Positions 59,109-64,000 of a stretch of DNA of 64,000 nucleotides are shown one piece after another. The stretch spans positions 160,001 to 224,000 of the forward strand of contig OZ245777.1 in assembly GCA_965227775.1 (NCBI GenBank), given 5' to 3'. The notes under the pieces are model-generated. The model was not told the DNA's origin. It worked only from the letters and a program-made list of their open reading frames with translations, and did not search any database. This DNA comes from Phycisphaerales bacterium. Its GTDB lineage: Bacteria > Planctomycetota > Phycisphaerae > Phycisphaerales > UBA1924. How positions within the stretch are numbered: position 1 is the stretch's first letter; each line of letters opens with the position of its first letter. Both the position numbers and the translations under genes were made by a program.

Positions 59109-59197
59109 CTGGCCCTAGTGTATGTTCGGGCGGTTTCCGGTCGCCGGAATGCGGTCACGCTCGATGCCACGCCCGGGATCTCGCTCTGAGGACGCCC

Positions 59198-59995
59198 ATG
59201 CCCGATGCTCCCTTGCCGCTCTCGGTGGCGATCATCTGCAAGAACAACGAGGCGACCATCGGCCGGACACTGGAGAGCGTGCGCGGGCTCGGCCGCGAGA
59301 TCGTGGCGGTCGACTCGGGCTCGACCGATGGCACGCTGGGCATCTTGCGTGAGCACGGGGCGCGGGTTATCGAGATCGAATGGCTGGGGTACGTCGAGAC
59401 CGTGCAGTATGCGTACGAGCAGTGCCAGCAGCCGTGGATTCTGCCCCTCGACAGCGACGAGTCGCTCGAGCCCGAGTTGCGGGCGTCCATCGAGGCGCTG
59501 GATCTCGAAGCTGAGGGCGGGCCGAGCGGGTACCGAGTGAACCGCAAGGTGTTCTACGACGGGCGTTTCTTCGAGCACACGTGGCAGCCCGAGTGGCGGT
59601 TGCGACTGGTCCGCAAGGACCGCTACCAATGGCACGGCATTAACCCCCACTATGACCTGCGACCACTGAAACCGGGCGAGGTCATCGAGGACCTGAAGGG
59701 CGACCTGCGCCACGACAGCTTTGCCAGCTTCGCCGAACTCATGCGCAAGCACGTTGGGCACGCCGAGCTCATGGCGAAAGGACTGCATGAACGAGGCAAG
59801 CGGGCCAGCGGCTGGAAGCTGGCCGTCTCGCCCGCGCAGTCGTTCGTGCGTCAGGCCGTGTTCCGGCGTGGGTATCGGGATGGCAAGCGGGGCTGGGCGG
59901 CTGCCGGCGCGATGGCCGCATATACCCTCATGAAGTACGTGTGCCTGCTGGAGTTGCAAGACCGAGCGGGCCGACAGCGAGAGGAGCGGCGGTGA
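59198..59995 (+). CDS. Glycosyltransferase family 2 (LPS core beta-glucosyltransferase-like)
   Basis: SVAIICKNNE, VDSGSTDGT, WILPLDSDE and GYRDGKRG. Confidence 0.9.
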   Translation: MPDAPLPLSVAIICKNNEATIGRTLESVRGLGREIVAVDSGSTDGTLGILREHGARVIEIEWLGYVETVQYAYEQCQQPWILPLDSDESLEPELRASIEALDLEAEGGPSGYRVNRKVFYDGRFFEHTWQPEWRLRLVRKDRYQWHGINPHYDLRPLKPGEVIEDLKGDLRHDSFASFAELMRKHVGHAELMAKGLHERGKRASGWKLAVSPAQSFVRQAVFRRGYRDGKRGWAAAGAMAAYTLMKYVCLLELQDRAGRQREERR

Positions 59996-60804
59996 CCACG
60001 ACCCAGCAGGAGCGAGCGCCCGTGAGCGAACCTTCGGCCATTGACCTGAGCGGTGTGAACAAGACGCTGCAATTCGAGGACGCCAGCGACCCGCGTGTGG
60101 CCCCAACCGTGGCCGACATGAAGAAGTGGGTACTGCGCTGGCGGCTCAAGGGTGAGCCGCTGGGCGTGAACGGCGCCGTCAAGAAGCGCTGGTATGTACG
60201 GCCGCACAAGATGTGGGAGTACAGCAGGGGCCTGGCGCTCACCGAGGCGAGCGGGCCGACGCGCGAGCCGGACTCGAAGCTGCACTGCCTGGACGTCGGC
60301 GGCGCGATGACGCTGCCGATCTTTTACCTGGGCAGCCTGGGCGACCGCGTGGTGTGTTTGGACATCGACCCCACCATGACCCAGCAGAGCATGGATGCGG
60401 CCAAGCGGCAGAACCTGGACCTGGACTGCCGGACCACGAACCTGGGCGAAGAGGATCCGTCGGCGGCGGACCTGGGCGCGCCAGAGGCCGGCTTCGACCG
60501 CGTGTTCTGCTTCAGTGTGATCGAGCACATCCTGCCGCCCGAGCAGGAGCGGGTCGCCAGCCGGATGGGCAAGCTGGTGCGGCCGGGCGGAATGCTGTGC
60601 ATCACGTTCGACTTTGGCGAGCACGGCCCGATGGAGGCGCCGATGCGGACGATGGAAGATGCGCACACGCTCGGCGACCTGATCGGTCTGCCGCTGGTCG
60701 GCGGGGACTTCGTCGACACGGGCGACCGATATCCGCTGAACCGCAAGCATCCGCAGGCGCGGTACACGTTCGGTTCGATGTTCTTTCGCCGGCCCGAGGC
60801 CTAA
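59992..60804 (+). CDS. Class I SAM-dependent methyltransferase
   Basis: LDVGGA, FDRVFCFSVIEHI and LVRPGG; GTG overlaps the upstream TGA. Confidence 0.85.
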   Translation: MTTTQQERAPVSEPSAIDLSGVNKTLQFEDASDPRVAPTVADMKKWVLRWRLKGEPLGVNGAVKKRWYVRPHKMWEYSRGLALTEASGPTREPDSKLHCLDVGGAMTLPIFYLGSLGDRVVCLDIDPTMTQQSMDAAKRQNLDLDCRTTNLGEEDPSAADLGAPEAGFDRVFCFSVIEHILPPEQERVASRMGKLVRPGGMLCITFDFGEHGPMEAPMRTMEDAHTLGDLIGLPLVGGDFVDTGDRYPLNRKHPQARYTFGSMFFRRPEA

Positions 60805-60890
60805 CGCCGGGATCGATTGGTGCTAGCATTGAGGCCCTCATCGTGAGGGCATGAGACGTGCCCGCGGCAGATGCCGCGTCGAGGACACAA

Positions 60891-61163
60891 ATGGCCAAGA
60901 AGACCACGAAGAAGGCCGGCACCACCGGCAAAAAGACCAGCAAGAAGACGTCGAAGAAGACGACCAAGAAGAGCGTGCCCGCCGCCAAGGTTGGCAAGAA
61001 GACGACGAAGAAGCGCACCACCAAAAAGACCAGCAAGAAGGTCTCGAAGAAGACCACCGCCTCGACCGGCCGGGGCGGCAAGAAGACCGGCAAGAAGACC
61101 ACGAGCCGTGGCGGTCGTAGCAAGGTCACCCGCACCAAGGTTCACGCCATTCCGGCAAGCTGA
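60891..61163 (+). CDS. Histone H1-like Lys/Thr-rich basic protein
   Basis: GAGGA RBS; 90 aa with 29 K, 5 R and no D/E; KKT(T/S) repeats. Confidence 0.75.
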   Translation: MAKKTTKKAGTTGKKTSKKTSKKTTKKSVPAAKVGKKTTKKRTTKKTSKKVSKKTTASTGRGGKKTGKKTTSRGGRSKVTRTKVHAIPAS

Positions 61164-61212
61164 ACCCACTGACTTGATCGGGCGTCGCCCGCAGAGGCGC
61201 GCCCGCACGACC

Positions 61213-62664
61213 ATGAGGAATCACACGCTGCCCCCTTCGAAGAAGACCAACAAGAAGAAGCCCGCGAGCAACACCTCGAAGCGAGGCACGAGCGGACGAT
61301 CGCCAAAGGGCGCGGGCAAGAAGGCCGAGCGAGACGAGACCATCTTCGATCGCTCGGTCACGTTCGACGATTTCGATCTGGTCGAAGATGTATTGGACGG
61401 AGTGGACGACGAGGGCTTCGTCCACCCGACCATGATCCAGTCGATGCTGATCCCAGTCGCGCTGACGGGCAAGGACGTGCTGGGCCAGGCCAAGACCGGC
61501 ACGGGCAAGACGGCGGCTTTTGGCCTGCCGCTGCTGTCGCTGGTTGATCCTGGCGACAGCTTTGCAGCGCTGGTCCTCGCACCGACTCGTGAGTTGGCGC
61601 TGCAGATTACCAGCGAACTGCAGACGCTGGGCAAGCACAGCGGGCTGAACGTGGTCGCCATTTATGGCGGCGACCCGATCGAAAAGCAGGCGCGCAAGCT
61701 TGCCAAGAAGCCCGAGATCATCGTGGGCACGCCCGGTCGCGTGATGGACATGGAGCGGCGCGGCTACCTCCGGTTCGACAAGATCCAGGTGGCGATCCTC
61801 GACGAGGTCGACCGGATGCTGGACATCGGCTTCCGCGAGGACATCCGTCGCATCATGAGCGCCTGCCCGAAGGATCGGCAGACGATCTTCGTCTCGGCCA
61901 CGCTGACCGAGGAGATCGAGAAGCTGGCTCGCCAGTACATGAACAACCCCGAGAAGCTGGTCGCCTCGGCTGGCTCGCTGACCGTCAGCGTGGTGGAGCA
62001 GCACTACCTGACCGTGCAGCCTTGGGACAAGAAGCGGCTGCTCGTGCACCTGCTGACGCACGAGGAACCCGCGCTGACGGTGGTGTTCTGCCGGCTGAAG
62101 CGCGTTGTTGATGATCTCGAGAAGCTCCTGCGCGATAAAGGCATCGACGCGGTTGCGATCCACGGCGACATGCGGCAAAGCCGTCGCAACAGCGTGATGA
62201 GCCGGCTGCGCACGGGCGAGCTCGGCGTGCTGATCGCAAGCGACCTTGCAAGCCGCGGCATCGACGTCGAGGGCATCAGCCACGTCATCAATTACGATCT
62301 GCCCGAGGACCCGGACCTCTATATCCACCGCATCGGTCGTACCGCCCGCGCGGGGCGCGGCGGCGTGGCGTGGAGCCTCGTGACGCCCGAGCAAGGCAAG
62401 CTGCTGACCGAGATCGAGACGCGGATTAACACCCACATCCCGTACATGGACTATCCCGACTTCAAGCCCGGACCCGAGCCGGCTGCGGTTCGTGAACGGC
62501 GCGAGCAGGACGCGGCCCGCGAGGAACGCTCCAAGCAGCGCACGCTCGAGCGGCAGGGCAAGGTCTTGCCGAAGACGGCCGACGAGAAGAAGTTCCCCGG
62601 CGGCGTGGTTCCGACAAAGCTGCCGCCGAAGCGAATGGGCGGGCGGCTTTCGGGCCGCCGCTAG
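61213..62664 (+). CDS. DEAD-box RNA helicase (DEVD variant)
   Basis: AKTGTGKT, PTRELA, TPGR, DEVD, SAT, SRGID and HRIGRTARAG. Confidence 0.95.
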   Translation: MRNHTLPPSKKTNKKKPASNTSKRGTSGRSPKGAGKKAERDETIFDRSVTFDDFDLVEDVLDGVDDEGFVHPTMIQSMLIPVALTGKDVLGQAKTGTGKTAAFGLPLLSLVDPGDSFAALVLAPTRELALQITSELQTLGKHSGLNVVAIYGGDPIEKQARKLAKKPEIIVGTPGRVMDMERRGYLRFDKIQVAILDEVDRMLDIGFREDIRRIMSACPKDRQTIFVSATLTEEIEKLARQYMNNPEKLVASAGSLTVSVVEQHYLTVQPWDKKRLLVHLLTHEEPALTVVFCRLKRVVDDLEKLLRDKGIDAVAIHGDMRQSRRNSVMSRLRTGELGVLIASDLASRGIDVEGISHVINYDLPEDPDLYIHRIGRTARAGRGGVAWSLVTPEQGKLLTEIETRINTHIPYMDYPDFKPGPEPAAVRERREQDAAREERSKQRTLERQGKVLPKTADEKKFPGGVVPTKLPPKRMGGRLSGRR

Positions 62665-62682
62665 GCCGGTTGGGCTTGCGGC

Positions 62683-63069
62683 TCAGCTGCCGATCTTGGC
62701 GAGCGCCTTCTCGCGGCTCGCGGTGATCACGAACAGGCGATCGACGCGCGTTGTCTTGAGCACGGCTGCGATTGGCTTGGCCAGATTGCAGAGCGCCAGC
62801 GAGCCGCCCTCGCCGATGCACGCTTCACGCAGTTGCACGAGCATCGAGATACCGGCGCTGGACATGTACTCGACGCGGGCCATGTCGAGCACGACCCTGC
62901 CGCGCGCCTGGATCGCGTCGGGGGTCGATTCAGCGAGCACATCGCCGGCGTCGGTCTCGCTCAGGCTTGGGCCCTTCGGCGAGATGACGAGCACCCCCGA
63001 ATACGACTCGCGGATCGTGTTTGGGCCCTCGGTCGCGGGCGAATCCGGGCTTGTGGCGGGCGTGGGCAT
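62683..63069 (-). CDS. STAS domain anti-sigma factor antagonist
   Basis: VVLDMARVEYMSSAGISML and LKTTRVDRLF. Confidence 0.88.
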   Translation of the reverse strand: MPTPATSPDSPATEGPNTIRESYSGVLVISPKGPSLSETDAGDVLAESTPDAIQARGRVVLDMARVEYMSSAGISMLVQLREACIGEGGSLALCNLAKPIAAVLKTTRVDRLFVITASREKALAKIGS

Positions 63070-63233
63070 CGGTAGCTCTCCGAATGGTGCTCAAGCGTAT
63101 ACGCACAGGGTCCATCGGCCTTCGGCTGCGAAGCGGCCAGTGCGTTCGCGCCAGGCGCGGCCGAGTGTATCAAAGGGTATGGCTGCTGTCGTTACCGGAC
63201 GTCAGGGATTCTCGCCGCGGCAGGCCAGACCGC

Positions 63234-63262
63234 TTGACGCACCCCTGGGATCGCACTGGAAT
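63234..63262 (+). promoter_or_regulatory. Putative sigma-70 promoter
   Basis: TTGACG-N17-TGGAAT upstream of the RBS of the final gene. Confidence 0.4.
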
Positions 63263-63297
63263 CTTGCATCACATCGAGCAAACGAAGGAGGGACCAC

Positions 63298-64000
63298 TTG
63301 ATCAACCTGATGGAATCGCTGCCGACTCGCATGATCGCCGCGGCCGGGATCGCCGCCTCTGCCGGCGCTGCGTTCGCGCAGTGCGAGCCGGCGTGGGATG
63401 TATCGATTGGCAACCCAGGCGTTGATGACGGCTATGTACAACCGCTTTTCGTATGGAACGACGGCGAGGGGGAGGCCCTGTACGCCGGCGGCTCGTTCGG
63501 CAGCATGGGTGGCGTTCCCGGCACGCTGCTGATCGCCGCATGGGACGGAAGCGATTGGAGCGGGCTGGGCAGCCCCGGCCTGAGCACGGGCAGCACCAAC
63601 GGCTTCGTCACGAGCATGGACAACTACGAGGTCGACGGCAGTGACGCGCTCGTCGTTGGCGGCTTCTTTGCCAGCGCGGGCGGGCTGTCCGGCACGCAGT
63701 CGATCGCGGCATGGGACGGCACGCAGTGGCTGTCGATGGGCGCCGATCTGGTCAACCCCGACGCCATCTGGGCGCTCACTTCGGGCGATGCCGGCAACGG
63801 TGATCTGTTGTACGCCGGTGGCTCGTTTACCTCGATTGGCGGCACCACAGCGGGCGGCATCGCCTCGTGGGACGGCGACTCTTGGGCCCCTGTTGGCACC
63901 GGCGCGCCGCTGACGGGCGTTGTCACGCCGAACGTATTTGGCGCGGTCGTCTTCGACGATGGCTCGGGCCCGGCGCTGTATGCTGGCGGGCGATTCGACG
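63298..64000 (+). CDS. Secreted beta-propeller protein with WDGxxW repeats, truncated by the window end (not in the ORF track)
   Basis: AAGGAGG RBS before TTG 63298 (ATG 63310 in frame); signal peptide ending AFA-Q; repeats LYAGGSF...IAAWDGxxW; open to the end. Confidence 0.88.
   Translation, partial: MINLMESLPTRMIAAAGIAASAGAAFAQCEPAWDVSIGNPGVDDGYVQPLFVWNDGEGEALYAGGSFGSMGGVPGTLLIAAWDGSDWSGLGSPGLSTGSTNGFVTSMDNYEVDGSDALVVGGFFASAGGLSGTQSIAAWDGTQWLSMGADLVNPDAIWALTSGDAGNGDLLYAGGSFTSIGGTTAGGIASWDGDSWAPVGTGAPLTGVVTPNVFGAVVFDDGSGPALYAGGRFD

Noticed and set aside
2166..62436. Long antisense or off-frame ORFs (e.g. 2166..3485, 3640..6333, 22980..24710, 48917..51382, 61126..62436)
   Set aside because: Shadows of well-supported genes in high-GC DNA, with no motifs of their own
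24515..63130. GCCGAT(A/G) sigma-28-like -10 boxes upstream of the PPIase, PilZ, CBS, exosortase-operon and STAS genes
   Set aside because: The hexamer is common at this GC content and the -35 elements and spacing were inconsistent

Overview
High-GC chromosomal segment, most likely from a Phycisphaerales (Planctomycetota) bacterium. The evidence is three secreted proteins with C-terminal GC-type dockerin repeats, IPAP-type PEP-CTERM tails, an LEPRxLL motif and an H-X9-DG pseudopilin. Most of the window is housekeeping and envelope genes: ffh, ppx, recR, mqnA, gatB, lptF/G, rpmE, atpC, agmatinase, dinG, rsmG, rodA-mrdA, dinB, a DEAD-box helicase, glycosyltransferases and an LPS kinase. I saw no rRNA, tRNA, CRISPR array, transposase, integrase or reverse transcriptase. 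Notable items: (1) an accessory block at about 8.3-11.5 kb with a ~390-nt imperfect palindrome filling a whole intergenic region, a helical+FnIII-like gene, a 21-nt periodic heptad tract behind a (GGCTT)4 repeat, and a lower-GC pentapeptide-repeat membrane gene; (2) an operon at 41.0-44.8 kb whose exosortase lacks the catalytic Cys and His, flanked by a degenerate EpsI-like gene, a degenerate nucleotidyltransferase-like gene and an intact priming glycosyltransferase; (3) a sigma-70-like protein with eroded promoter-recognition regions; (4) a eukaryote-type UDP-galactopyranose mutase near a double GT2 gene; (5) a histone-H1-like protein upstream of the DEAD-box helicase. All family calls come from motif recognition by eye; no database searches or folding computations were run.
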